Part shown: positions 26,601-38,845 of the stretch, piece after piece
How the letters are laid out: every line of letters begins with the position of its first letter
Position numbering within the stretch: the first letter of the stretch is position 1
Notes under the pieces: generated by a model
Databases searched by the model: none
What the model was told of the DNA's origin: nothing
What the model saw: only the letters and a program-made list of their open reading frames with translations
Assembly: GCA_038087875.1 (NCBI GenBank)
Contig: CM075980.1
Span: 65,410,001-65,474,000, forward strand
Direction: 5' to 3'
Source of the DNA: Malacoraja senta
Taxonomy: Eukaryota
Length of the DNA: 64,000 nucleotides
Made by a program: the position numbers and the translations under genes

Positions 26601-28350
26601 TGTCTAATACTCTATTAATTTTTGGTAAATATAGAAATGACTTTAATACATCAATTAATCTGCCAATTTAAATTCACTATAACATGAATCATTTGATGTA
26701 AATATGATAGGATTAACACTTAACCATTGACATTTACTAATTGTCAAGCCTTGAAACAGCAAAGAATGAAGAGTTTTCTTCATTTCCTATCACCAGAAAA
26801 CTGTAGTGAAAACCTTTCAGACAATATCAGCATTGATTATTATTGACGTTTTATTGTTGCCTGTAATGTTCGTTGCATTATCTACACTACTTAAAAATAG
26901 TTTTAAGTGGTATATTGAGTAACTAGGTTTTGAACGAGTTCATGTTGGTTAGCAGCCATACAAAAACAAGCAGGAAGGCAAGGCATTGTCACACTGCGGG
27001 TACTGCAGTTCATGTTGACACTTCAGAAAGCATTGGGACAATCACAGATGAAGTAAGAAATACCACTTTGGTTATCATTATCATGATAGGAAAATGTTTA
27101 AACAGGACAGAGACAAACCACTATTTCTAGGGAAGCTACACTATTCAATGGAACAGGAGTTTCATTCTTCAGAACAAAACTAAAGAAAATGATCAAAGTT
27201 AAAAAATTGTCATGAGAAGTATAAAGATGTAGAAAGGTTTTGACCAGCACCAATAAACATGCATAAGGAAGAGTATTTCAGCACAAAAACTACAAACAAA
27301 AGGAATGAAAAGGTCAGTTCAAATGAGAAGCTTTGGTGAAGAGTGCCACCTGGTGAAACAAAGCTGAAGGATTCAGAAAGAGAATAAATGTATACTTGAT
27401 TCTTCAAGGAGTGAAGAATTCTATTTTCATACGACCATATGCATTAGAAGAAGAAAGCACTTGGACTCTCAGTTTGCTGCCACTTATAACATTGTGTATG
27501 GGAATGCGAAGGGGAATTAAAAAGTTTATCAACCGGGAGATCCAGCTGGCCTTACAGACTCATGGGCGAAAATCGCTTTTAAAACATGGGGGGGATACAG
27601 ATTTTCTGGCGGCACGATGACAAGTGTGCATGACAACTAACAATTTTATCTCCTCCCACTCCCACCCACCCCTTGACACAAGAAGCACATTTTATTTACT
27701 GTTTAAACACCGTAATACTGTCTGGTTGCCTGCGTAACGCACACAACAAGCTCCCATGCACAAAACACCAGATAATCTGTATTTTTTCAGTTTATTTGCA
27801 GTTCATTTGTTTTTTTTAACTTTGCGCATTTAACAGTGCCATTTTAGCAGCGGTGTCAAGTCATACTTTTTTTTTCCCCCGCCGACGATATATATCTCTC
27901 AAATCACATACCTCACCTCTATTACCCCTCTACATAAAAACAAAGTGTCAATGCCTCTTCAAGGTCTACTAATCCACCCATAGCTTCAACTGCAGGTACA
28001 GCTGAAGGGATTTGGCGTCTGAACAATGACCGCATTAGAAGATCATCTGAGCATCTTGAAATCAATCTCATGAGCAGGAGTCAAGTGGTGAAAGATAGCC
28101 GGGCGACGCGGTATCGATGAGCCCACGTTGCACAGAGTGGAAAAGAATGAAATGGAAATTGCAAATTATTCAACTGCAACTTTCCCCCTTCCCCAACACA
28201 AAGGCAGCAATAACATATTTGCCACATGTTTAATCTTTTTCACGAATATGCATAAAAGAGACAGTATATATATATAACCTCCCCCTTCTTCTGACCATGT
28301 CTTGTGCAATATTCAGCAAGCCAACCTGGACAATTAGTTTGGTGTGACAG

Positions 28351-28587
28351 TTGTGTAGGAAGGAACTACAGATGCTAGTTTAAACCGAAAATGGACACAA
28401 AATGCTGGAGTAACTCAACGGAACAGGCAGCATCTCTGGAGAGAAGGAATGGGTGACGTATTTGGTCGAGACCCTTCTTCAGACCTGAAGACTGAGTCTG
28501 AAGGGTCTTGACCTGAAACGTCACCCATTCCTTCTCTCCAGAGATGCTACCTGTCCCACTGAGTCACTCCAGCATTTTGTGTCCAAC
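28351..28587. mobile_element. Second palindromic dual-hammerhead PLE-derived element
   Basis: Inverted arms around 28480-28500; 13-bp TSD TTTGGTGTGACAG (28338-28350 and 28588-28600). Confidence 0.88.
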
Positions 28588-29879
28588 TTTGGTGTGACAG
28601 ATATCTCATTTCATCAGCTTAATCCATTGCGCGCATGGAAGAGATGCTAGATGTTTACATGTTTACATGCTGCTTGCATCTATCCATCCAAGCGTGCTCT
28701 TAATTAAATCTCACATCTTTGCGAGGGAGGGATGGAATGGATGTAACCACCGGCTAAAGCAAAGGCATAGTTAGGACAGGGAAATAATCCCACCACTTAA
28801 TTAACCAGGTTCCCGAATGTAAGAACTATTTATACATGTAACATTTTTGTTTTTTAATCAATGTAACCCTTTATTGATTTTTAATACCGAGTTGAAACCC
28901 CGTCCTGTGGGAAGGGCTTGCTGCAGCTGGTTTCATAGTGCCTTCATTGTTGGTAGGTGCTGACCTTTCACAGGGACCGCTGTCAGTGCCAGTTTTCCCA
29001 ACTTCCATAGCCGCTCTGCATTAGTGGAGTCAGACGTGAAAGTATCTATTGACATGGCACTGGAGATTTTCAGCATGAAGGCAGCCGTGCTCATAAACAT
29101 AGCAGGTCATAGAGTGATACAGTGTGGAAACAGGCCCTTCGACCCAACTTGCCCACATCGGCCAACATGTCCCAGCTACACTAGACCCACCTGCCAACAT
29201 TTAGGGATGTTATATGAATTTTTAAAATCCAATACCCGTTTAAATCTTTCAAAAGCTACAACCACAACGTGATAAATAACACTAAATAAAACTGAAGCAA
29301 ATAAATGCAAACAGAAGAACTAATCTTGGAGGAGAGAGTGAGAGAGAGAGAGAGAGAGAAAACAACACAAACTTTTCACAAACTATCAAAAATATACATA
29401 AAGAAACTTTTGATAAACTAAAAAACATACTTAAATTTTTTAAATTCATATAACATCCCTAAATGATGGGTAAAAATTACTAAATAACGTGGGTGAATGA
29501 GGGACTGTACCAGCACGCTAGGAAGAAGCCCGTGCTCGCGGTCCGGAGCCCTTAATGACAGTTTTAAGAAATTCTCAAAACACAATTGTATTTACTGATG
29601 GATGCATTTTGATGTATTGATGACACATTGTATAACTACTTATTAACTACTGGCAGTTAACAGTGGTAGTTAACAAATCGTTTTCGTCTCAGAGGAATCA
29701 AGTGATAAACGACTCCAATCGTTCGCTTTTTAAAAATGTAAAATTCCAAGGCGATTTTACTGCAACATGTTTCACAAAACATGGGGGGGGGGGGATTGTC
29801 CCCCACCTCTCAAAACATGGGGGGGGGGAGGACAGGTCCCCCCCTGTCCCACCAGGATTACTGATCACAAGAGGTCAGC

Positions 29880-30310
29880 GAAATGGTCACCCAGTTTACC
29901 CTTCGTCTCGCCAATGTAAAGAAGTGCACATCAGGGGCACCGAATGCAGTAGATGAGATTAGAGGAAGTGCTTGTAAAATTTTGTTTCACCTGGAAGGAC
30001 TGGTGGGATCCCCAGATGGAGGTGAGGGAGGAGGAGTGAGGACCATTACATCTTCTGCGGTTGCAGAGTAAAGACTGAGGAGGGGACAGTTGAGTGAGAA
30101 GGGATGAGTGAACCTAGAAGTTGCAGAGTGAGTGGTCTCTATGGAAAGTGGAAAGGGGTGGGGATGGGAAGATGTGACTAGTGATGGCATCATGTTGCAG
30201 GTGGCGGAAATGTAGTGTTCAATGCAGAGCCTGGTGGAGTGAAAGGTAAGGACCAGAGGAACTCTGTCCTTGTTCAGTCTGGGGGGAGGTGGAGCGAGAG
30301 CAGAACTGCT
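29880..30310 (-). mobile_element. PLE fragment
   Basis: NKDRVPLVLTFH peptide, as in the PLE at 4015-5349. Confidence 0.75.
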
Positions 30311-31278
30311 CGACACAAGGATTAAACCCTTGTTGGCTTTGACTGTGTACAAGTATCTCTGTCAATACTTTTTAACTCTTTAAAATATATAAGTACATTA
30401 TTATTTCATACTATTTCATAATAAAACTAATTCATATCAGAGAGAATAAATTTTGAACCTTTGTTCAACCCTAGTCGGATATTCAGGAAAAATCTCTTCG
30501 ATTATTAGGTTGTGAAAACCAATGCAAAATAAACTGGGCCAACTTCAACCAAATTACTGTTGACCACTACATATAACATGGTTCATACTGCCACACAGAA
30601 CATTATACCTAGAACAGTATAGCACAGGAACAGGCCATACTGCCCACAATGCCTGTGCCAAACATGATGCCGACCAATTCTTATCTACCTGCACAGAATC
30701 AATATCTCTCCATTCCCTAGATACCCATGTGCCTATTTAAAGATCTCTTAAAAGCCTCTATTAATTATATATTTCCCTTTACATATGACCTCCCAAAGTA
30801 CAATATCTCACAATTGCTCAGATTAAATTCCATCTGACATTTCTCCACCTCTTTCTGTAGCTGATCCATATCCCGCAGTATACTTTGATAGCATTCCTCA
30901 CAATCCACGATCCCAGCAATATTGGTATCATCTGCAAAATTACCAACCAACTTATCTACTTTTATGTCCAATTTCCATACATCACAAACAACAGTGGTTC
31001 CCAGCACAGATTCCTGTGGAACTCCACTGGTCATAGAACTCCAGCCTGAATATTGTCCTCCACCAAAAGCTTTCTGTCTTCTATCAGTAAGCCAGTTATA
31101 AATCCATATCACCAAGTCACTATTAATCCCATGTGTCTTACTCTTGCTTCTTACTCTTCTGAATCAGCCTACAATGGGTCATTAATCACCTTTGTTACTT
31201 CCTCAAAAAATGCGATCAAGTTAGGATGGCATGACATGCCATGCACAAAGCCATGCTGAATGTCCCTAATTAACCCAT

Positions 31279-32521
31279 TGTGGAAGAAAAATTTATAACC
31301 TTCCTTACTTAATTTTGATTGGAATTGAACAAAGGTAACGAAAGGGTGTTTTGGATGTGACAATTGGAAGCTCTCGCTTGACCAGGTGCAGAAGAAATTC
31401 ATGGGAATCGGCAAAGTACGATTAGACGTATTACGTCTTGCTAGGAATGTGTTGAAGGGTGGATGGTGAATGTAAACATGAAATAGTAGGGAAGCTTGTT
31501 TTCCATTCTGTGAGAAGTTACAGTAGATCACCCACGCCCCTACTGCTGGTAGCATAGATACGTTGCTGTAAATCGGAGGCTTATGATTGGCTCGGAGAAG
31601 GGATGGTGGCGTCGGCCACCTGAAAGGTGAGATAGAATAATGTCAAGATGCCCTTGTGTTTGACTAGTATTAACCATCTGTTGTTGAATAAGATTAACAT
31701 AAGCGAAAAGTATGTTATGACTAATGAAATAATTGGTACCCATGTAGTAGATAGTATATTTTTGTATAGTTGTATCTAACAAAAAACAAAAGTTTTAATC
31801 TGAGGAAGGACAATCTGAGGAAGGACATTCTTGCCATAGAGGGAGTACAGAGAAGGTTCACCAGACTGATTCCTGGGATGTCAGGACTTTCATGTGAAGA
31901 AAGACTGGATAGACTCGGCTTGTACTCGCTAGAATTTAGAAGATTGAGGGGGGATCTTATAGAAACTTACAAAATTCTTAAGGGGTTGGACAGGCTAGAT
32001 GCAGGAAGATTGTTCCCGATGTTGGGGAAGTCCTGAACAAGGGGTCACAGTTTAAGGATAAAGGGGAAATCGTTTAGGACTGAGATGAGAAAAACATTTT
32101 TTACACAAAGATTGGTGAATCTCTGCAATTCTCTGCCACAGAATGTAGTTGAGGCCAGTTCATTTGGCTATATTTAAGAGGGGGTTAGATGTGGCCCTTG
32201 TGGCTAAAGGGATCAGGGGGTATGGAGAGAAAGCAGGTACAGGATACTGAGTTGGATGATCAGCCATGATCATATTGAATGGCGGTGCAGGCTCGAAGGA
32301 CCGAATGGCCTACTCCTGCACCTATTTTCTATGTTTTCTATGTATTCTATGTTTACTGCACAGAATAACTGTCGGCTAATTCTGCTGCGGTCATAGAACT
32401 GGTGAGCAGTTTTACTGCAGCCATCTCTCCATGATATCATGCAATAAAATCGCGAAGCAGATCTGCAAAGTCTCCACTTTTCATTTTCCATTAATTTCCC
32501 TCTAAATTAATTTCTTCCACA
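31279..32521 (+). mobile_element. Solo LTR (about 690 bp net) with a nested CR1 3' fragment
   Basis: Termini TGTGGAAGAAA...TTTCTTCCACA (11-bp inverted repeat); 5-bp TSD CCCAT; AATAAA near 32443. Confidence 0.85.
31797..32355 (+). mobile_element. Young 5'-truncated CR1, same family as 21061-25332
   Basis: Near-identical to 24810-25330; (TTTCTATG)-type tail. Confidence 0.93.
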
Positions 32522-32854
32522 CCCATTCCAAATGGGAGTAAATCCTATCCTGAGGAATCCGCTCTAATGGCTTTTCTACCACTGACATGAGGTTCACAGG
32601 CCTATACTTCCCTGGAATCTCTCAACTTCCCTTCCTAAACAAAGGAATAACATTTTTTTTCTTTTTTATTCCAGATTTTAATTCATGTATTGTGTTTTTT
32701 TTTAAATATATATAATTTATGATGCTTTTATAAGTGATATACTAAGATTTTATATGTATTTTATGATGGTTTTATAGGCAATGTATTTTTATGTAATGTT
32801 GTCCCTTGTCTGGACCTTGAGTCCAAAATAAAGTTTATTATTATTTATTATTAG

Positions 32855-33790
32855 CAACTCCCCAATCAAGCTACGAGTTTGCTGACAACACCACTGTGGT
32901 GGGCCAAATCACACACAGTGACGAGACGGAGTACAGGAAGGAAATAGAGAACTTAGTGACATGGTGTCAGGACAATAACCTCTCTCTCAATGTCAGCAAG
33001 ATGAAGGATCAAGTTATCGACCAGAAAGCATGGTGGACTACATGCCACAATCAGCATCAATGGTGTGGAAGTGTAAATGGTTGAGAGCTTCAAGTATCTT
33101 GCCATTAATATGACCAATGATCTGTCATGGGCCAACTACATTGATGTGGCAGCCAAAATGTCACACCAATGCCTCTAGTTCCTGAGGAGACTGGGGAAAT
33201 TCATCACCTCTCCAGTGACTCTTACAGATTTCTACAGATGCACCATAGAAAGCATACCGTGCATTGTACCACAGCTTGTTTGGGAACACCCCCACCCAAG
33301 ACCAACAAGAAATTGCAGAAAGTTGTAGATGTAGCCCAGTCCATCACATAGACCAGATTTGACATAATTGACTCCATCTACACTTCACACTGCCTCGGAG
33401 AAGCAGACAACATAATCAAAGATTAGTTCCACCCCGGTCATTCCTTCTACCCCCTGCTCCCAACCGGCAGAAAATACTGAAGGTTACAAGTGTGCAGGAC
33501 CAGGCTCAGGAACAGCTCCTTCCCCTCTATTATCAGGCTTCTGAATTTTCCTCCCATAAGCTAGGGTATTCCGATTCACCTTCGCTCCATTGAAGACATT
33601 GGACTTTGTCTATGGAACTAATGTGCTACAATGCTGAGAACCATATTCTGCAATCTGTATCTTCCCCTTGCTCTATCTGTTGTACATGTGTTTGACGATT
33701 TATGTGTAGTTTTTATGATCCATTTAGATAGCATACAAAACAAAGCTCTTCACTGTACCTCAGTACACGTGACAATCATAAACCTTAACC
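32855..33790 (+). mobile_element. Rex1/Babar LINE 3' fragment
   Basis: FAD.TTVVGQI..DETEYRKEIENLVTWCQDNNLSLNVSK. Confidence 0.8.
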
Positions 33791-34695
33791 AAAACCATGA
33801 CAGTCTCTCTGATTAGTAGAAAAACTTAATTTCTTTTCCATCCCACCCTATCACACAGAATCCTTGGAAACTCTGGAAAATTGAGCTGCCAGTCATGTCC
33901 CTCTCACAACTATCTTTCCGCAATAGCCACATCATGGTCCCAAGCGCTGATCCAGGCTCTAAGTTCATCAGCCTTCCACACAATACTCCTTGCATTGAAA
34001 TAAACATATATCAGCCCGTCAGCTTTACTATATTCCTTCACCTCTCCCTGCCTGTCCTTGTGATTTAGCGGTCCTAATCTCTACCTTCCCATGACTCTTT
34101 CTAATTTCCCACTACTCTAATTTCCATCCCCCCCTGCCTCTCTAATTTAAATCCTTGAGTAGCATTAACAAACCTCCCTGCAAGGAAGGTCCCCTTACAT
34201 GCTCTAAGCAAAACACACCAAACTCGTGCAAATAAGTATATTCTTTTGAGCTTGTGAATACCGCATATTGTTAGGAAAGTAAGTGAGTAGGAAAAGGCAG
34301 AGGTTGCAGAGGCAGATGGCGGTGCTTCATAGTTTCAGGCACTAGTTTTGAAGCTCACCTTGAGAGCTGCTGTTTGGAGTTTGCACACTCTCCTCATGAA
34401 CACATGCATTTCCACGGGGTGCCCATTTCTTCCGCAACCCAAAAAAGTTGATGGGTTAATTGACAATTATAAATTCATCGTTAGCATAAGTAAGTGGCAA
34501 AGATAATCAAAGGAGAATTGATGGGTATGTATGGGAGAATAAACTGCATGGTTACTATAGTATAAGGAGAATGCTGCCTGACATGAGAGCAGTATCGAAC
34601 AAAATATGGCACCATGGAGCTCAAATGGACCTAATGGCACAAACAACTTTCTTGTTTCACAGTAAATCTGCAAACTAGAAATGTATGTACAACAC

Positions 34696-34852
34696 CTCTA
34701 ATGGAAGATATACGGTGAATTGCGCTGGATTCTTTCCACTCTTGGCACGATTCTTATCTGGTCCAGAATGACGTGGTATCAATTTATCCGAATTAATTCC
34801 TTCATACTTAAGCAGCTGCTTTAGATTCTGACTCTGGTATTGCCGTCTTCGT
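34696..34852 (-). CDS. DNAH1: DNAH1 coding exon (RRRQYQSQNLKQLL...VYLPLE)
   Basis: TTTTAACAG acceptor and weak GAG|GTGTTG donor; YLPL joins VFD of the next exon. Confidence 0.85.
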
Positions 34853-35283
34853 CTGTTAAAAAACAAAAATTAAGAAATGTTTAAATGCTGTTACAAAACA
34901 TGATCAGGATAGTGGGAAGGAAAAGGTGAAGAGGAAATGTGACCACTGTATTTCACCATCACCACCATCCAGGAACGCAAACAGTATTTTCAGGTAAAGC
35001 AGCAATTCACTTGCACGTTTTGAATATCCTATGTTATGAATCCCATCTTATTAATCTGGTGTACTGAATTCAATGTTCACAATATGTCCTGACCTACATT
35101 AGAAAAACCCAATGCAGTCTGGGTGACTGCTTCGCAGCGCACCTACATTCAGGCCACAGGAGTGACGTGGGCTTTTGCATCTGTCTTTGCAACTGCATCC
35201 TTGCATTCTTCATTGGCAGACCTCAATTAGTGAGGATCAGTAACAACATCACCTCATTGATAACAAAACAGATACACATTAAG

Positions 35284-36324
35284 TAGCAATGTTACAAAAT
35301 TTTGAGATTTAAAAAATAAAGTCTGCAATTTATCCCATCAGATAAAGCATAAAAAGAAGTTAAATTTGACACTTAATTCACTTTCATATCTTCAGTATTA
35401 AAAATGTTATGGCCATTATCATACTCAGAAATTAGCATCTAGTTTCCTATTGCTTTTCCATTGACTTAACACAAAAGCTGTGATCGAGGACAGTTAAAAG
35501 CCCATAACGTTCTTAAAAATTATGATAACTGAAAGAAATTTTCAGATATTATAGATTGAAGCATTCTGAAACAAATATGAAACAATCTTACTTTGAAGAC
35601 ATGAAAGTAAAGCATATAATTAGTTAGTTACCTAATTGTAGCTAATTACAAAATTCAATTACTAGATCTAAACATCTATCAATTTCTTAAGAATAGATTA
35701 ACATTTTTAAATAGCCTAAGTGTCCAAGTAACATTCACACAATAATTCACAATATAACATAATTTTTAAATCTAATTTTCATGAATTTACAGGCCAAATG
35801 GAAGGAATTGAATGTTTAATACCTGTAAATTAATGGGGATTTAATTCATCTTGCGAGTGAGGATTTCTGGAACGCGATCTTTTGGAACGTTCATTTGTGG
35901 TGAATTTAACCCCGTATTGGCATGAAAAATACTGCCGTTAATTCGGGGAATAAAATCACCGTGTCGCATGAAAAAATGTGACTTAAAGGCTTCTTAAGAA
36001 GCACTTTTATACATTTAAAGAAACCACTTTTGTTTACCTGTCCCGTGTGTGAAATCCGTCCCCGTTATCGGCGTTGACGCTTCAGGAGCTGCTTTTAAAA
36101 TTACTCTAGCGCTGACATTGACGATTTAATTTTTTTTTTTAATTCACAAAACGCCGGTAGGAACGATTTGTCAGCCAAGGCTCGTACTCCAACAAAATAT
36201 TAACCAGGACAAGGGAGGAGAAACCCGCGTTTTAACCCCGCCCCCCCTTAAAGGCGCCAAAATCGCGCACACGGCCAGTGGCAGAATTACAGCGCGACTG
36301 AAGGTAAGTTTTGTAACATACCTA
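35284..36324. mobile_element. Non-autonomous hAT-like DNA transposon
   Basis: Imperfect TIRs TAGCAATGTTACAAAA and TTTTGTAACATACCTA; duplication CATTAAG (7 bp, or 8 bp ACATTAAG if the terminal A is shared); no ORF. Confidence 0.75.
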
Positions 36325-36473
36325 CATTAAGGCTAGGTGCTTAGACCACTGCACTACTCTCTTTAAGACCATGCCTATGTTGCTAAGCACAGGTTCCGGA
36401 GAGAGATAGAATACCTAGTTATTGGAGCTGGAACAACAACCATTTACTCAACATCAACAAAACCAAGTAACTA

Positions 36474-36602
36474 GTCTGAAGAAGGGTTTCGACCCGAAAC
36501 GTTGCCTATTTCCTTCGCTCCATAGATGCTGCCTCACCCGCTGAGTTTCTCCAGCATTTTTGTCTACTTTCGATTTTCCAGCATCTGCAGTTCCTTCTTA
36601 AA
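36474..36602 (+). mobile_element. 129-bp single-arm PLE-derived hammerhead unit
   Basis: Starts GTCTGAAGAAGGGTTTCGACCCGAAACGTT; 10-bp TSD CAAGTAACTA. Confidence 0.88.
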
Positions 36603-37874
36603 CAAGTAACTAATCGTTAACTTCAAAATAGGGAACTCAGACGACCATGTGCCAATTTTCTTTGGTGAATCGACAGTGGAAAGAATTAGCAGCATCAAAT
36701 TCCTAAGCATTAACATATCTTACAACCTGTCCTGGGCCCAGCACATTGAAGTAATCACAAATAAGGCGTGTCTGTGCCTCTACTTTCTTAGAGTTTTTAA
36801 GTGAATTGGTATGTCACTGAATATGTACCTAGAGAAAATATCCTGACTGATTACATCATGGCCTGGTTTAGCAATTCCAATGCACAAGAATGCAAGAGGC
36901 TGCAGAGAATGGTGGATTCAGCCTAGTCCATCACGGGCACAGCCCTCGCATCATCGAAAGCATCTACATGAGGCATTGCCTCACCATCCGGATCATGCCC
37001 TCTTCTCGTTGGTATCATTGGGAAGGAGATACAGAAAACTGAAGTCCAACAACACAACATTCTGGAAAAGCTACTTTCTCAGAACCATTTGGTACTTGAA
37101 CTGACCTGCACAACACCAATCCTACCTCAGCAACACTATGGACCTTCTCTTGCACTACCATGGACTTGTTTTCTAATTGTGTATTTTTGCACTGATGTCT
37201 TTCTTTTGTGCAGTCTTTGTCTTTCGTCTTTCACTACCTTGTGGAATTTAAGTGTAATTTATGTATAATTAATGTATGATTTATGTTTTGTATGTTCTCT
37301 GAGTCTATGTGTATGTGATACTGCTGCAAGCTCACCATACATAGTACATATGACAATAAACCCAACGACTTTAAGAAATGCATTTCCTTCTCCCTGTATC
37401 AAAATTGGCAATTTTTGCATAACATAATTTTGGTTCATTGTTTCCTTTTTTTGTATAGCCTAAGTGTGTTCCATTACCATTAGCAACACATTACCCAAAT
37501 AGATTTAATCTGATTTTAGGTGCTACTAAACTGCTACATTAAGTAATCTGATCTTGCCAATTGGAAATATTCCATTTATTCTACCCATCTCTCCTTACCT
37601 TTTCTGTAGTTACATACAGTATAACTCATTTGTTTTCTCTCTTTCCAAGTTCCGATGACAGTATCCAGAACTAAAATGTTAACTGTTTCTCTTTCCAACA
37701 TATGCTCCTTGACCTGTCGACAATTTCCAGCAGTTTGTTTTTATTTAAAAGTATAATTAGATTATCTAATAAACTTAAAAGCCAATCCACATTTCCAGCA
37801 TTAGCAGAAATAGATCCTCAAGATGATATCTAAAGTCATAACAAGAAATACAACAATAAAATGAAAGATTTCAC

Positions 37875-38049
37875 CTTTCAATCTCAAGTTTGCGAGGTCG
37901 TTGTCCAGGAGCCACTTGAAATGGAATTTGCACCTTTGGCTGAAAGGATCTCAGTGTAAAGTCTGTTCTTGTGTGAAGTTCTGTATCCGATCCATATACC
38001 TGTGATTCCAGATGTGTTCCAATGTTCTCAGGCCCATGGAAAGCAGAAA
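37875..38049 (-). CDS. DNAH1: DNAH1 coding exon (...TDFTLRSFQPKVQIPFQVAPGQRPRKLEIER)
   Basis: TTTCAG acceptor and AG|GTGAAA donor; the PKVQ.PF...PG..PRK.EIER motif matches the DNAH1 N-terminus as I recall it. Confidence 0.9.
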
Positions 38050-38772
38050 CTGAAATTAAATCAACACTGTTGTTTGGCATAGATAATGAAGCGGCTAGTA
38101 ATCCAATAAAACAGGGACGAGCATGATCTCCACAAATAAAAGCAATTTGATCTATTTCTGCAATTAAAATAAACAGCATTGGGTGTTTGATGATTAACAA
38201 TGCCAAAAATGCCTGTTTCTGTTCTGTGTTGTATGTCAAGGAATAATAAGGTTTTAAATATCCCACGTTGTGAATGCATATTACTCTTTGTTAATTGGCT
38301 CATTTTGAATTAGGTTGCCCAAAACCTTGGCTATCTCTTGGTAATTTTATTCCATTGACTATAGTTTGCTTTCCAGTTAAAATGAAATTCATGAATCATG
38401 CAAGACAGAAGAGGTGCAACTCAGATAATGTTCATTATCTTCATATTGCATGTGGTAGCATTTAATTTTACCCTCAATCTTGTTGCAAAGTAAGAGATGG
38501 TCGAAGAGGGTCAAAGTCCATCCACTGCGGCAAGAAACAGAAAAGAATCGAATGGTCCAGGTGCTACAGCTCACGATAATTAAAATAAATTGGGAAACCA
38601 CATAAGCAAAGAAAATTACAGAGGGCAATTTAATACTCATTCATCCATTACTATTCAATGCTTTTGAGGGGAAACTATTTTATGCTTTACTATAAAACAA
38701 TGGGACAATGAACAGTTTTATATGTCTTTATCCTTGTTTCCATTGAGACCACAATCAACAACGGGCACTTAC

Positions 38773-38845
38773 CTTCAGGAGTATAGTGTTCTTGGCCTGA
38801 CTGATTTAACAAGTGTCGTATTACATCGGGACCTTCCTGAACATT
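38773..38845 (-). CDS. DNAH1: DNAH1 coding exon (NVQEGPDVIRHLLNQSGQEHYTPE)
   Basis: ATTTATAG acceptor and G|GTAAGT donor; 73 nt, phase 0 to 1, fits both neighbours. Confidence 0.75.

Larger units (their letters stand above)
30600..32655 (-). mobile_element. Degraded CR1 interrupted by a solo LTR
   Basis: SGVPQESVLG, FADDT and QHGFV.G.SC..NLI.FFEEVTK peptides. Confidence 0.75.
35215..37365 (+). mobile_element. Degraded Rex1/Babar LINE hosting a DNA transposon and a hammerhead unit
   Basis: Remnants of VRI.NN.TS..., VL.PL.YSL and L.W.QHI..IT.KA; homologous to 32855-33790. Confidence 0.65.

Noticed and set aside
27560-29860. DNA transposon bounded by AAAACATGGGGGGGG motifs
   Set aside because: No convincing TIR, TSD or transposase remnant seen
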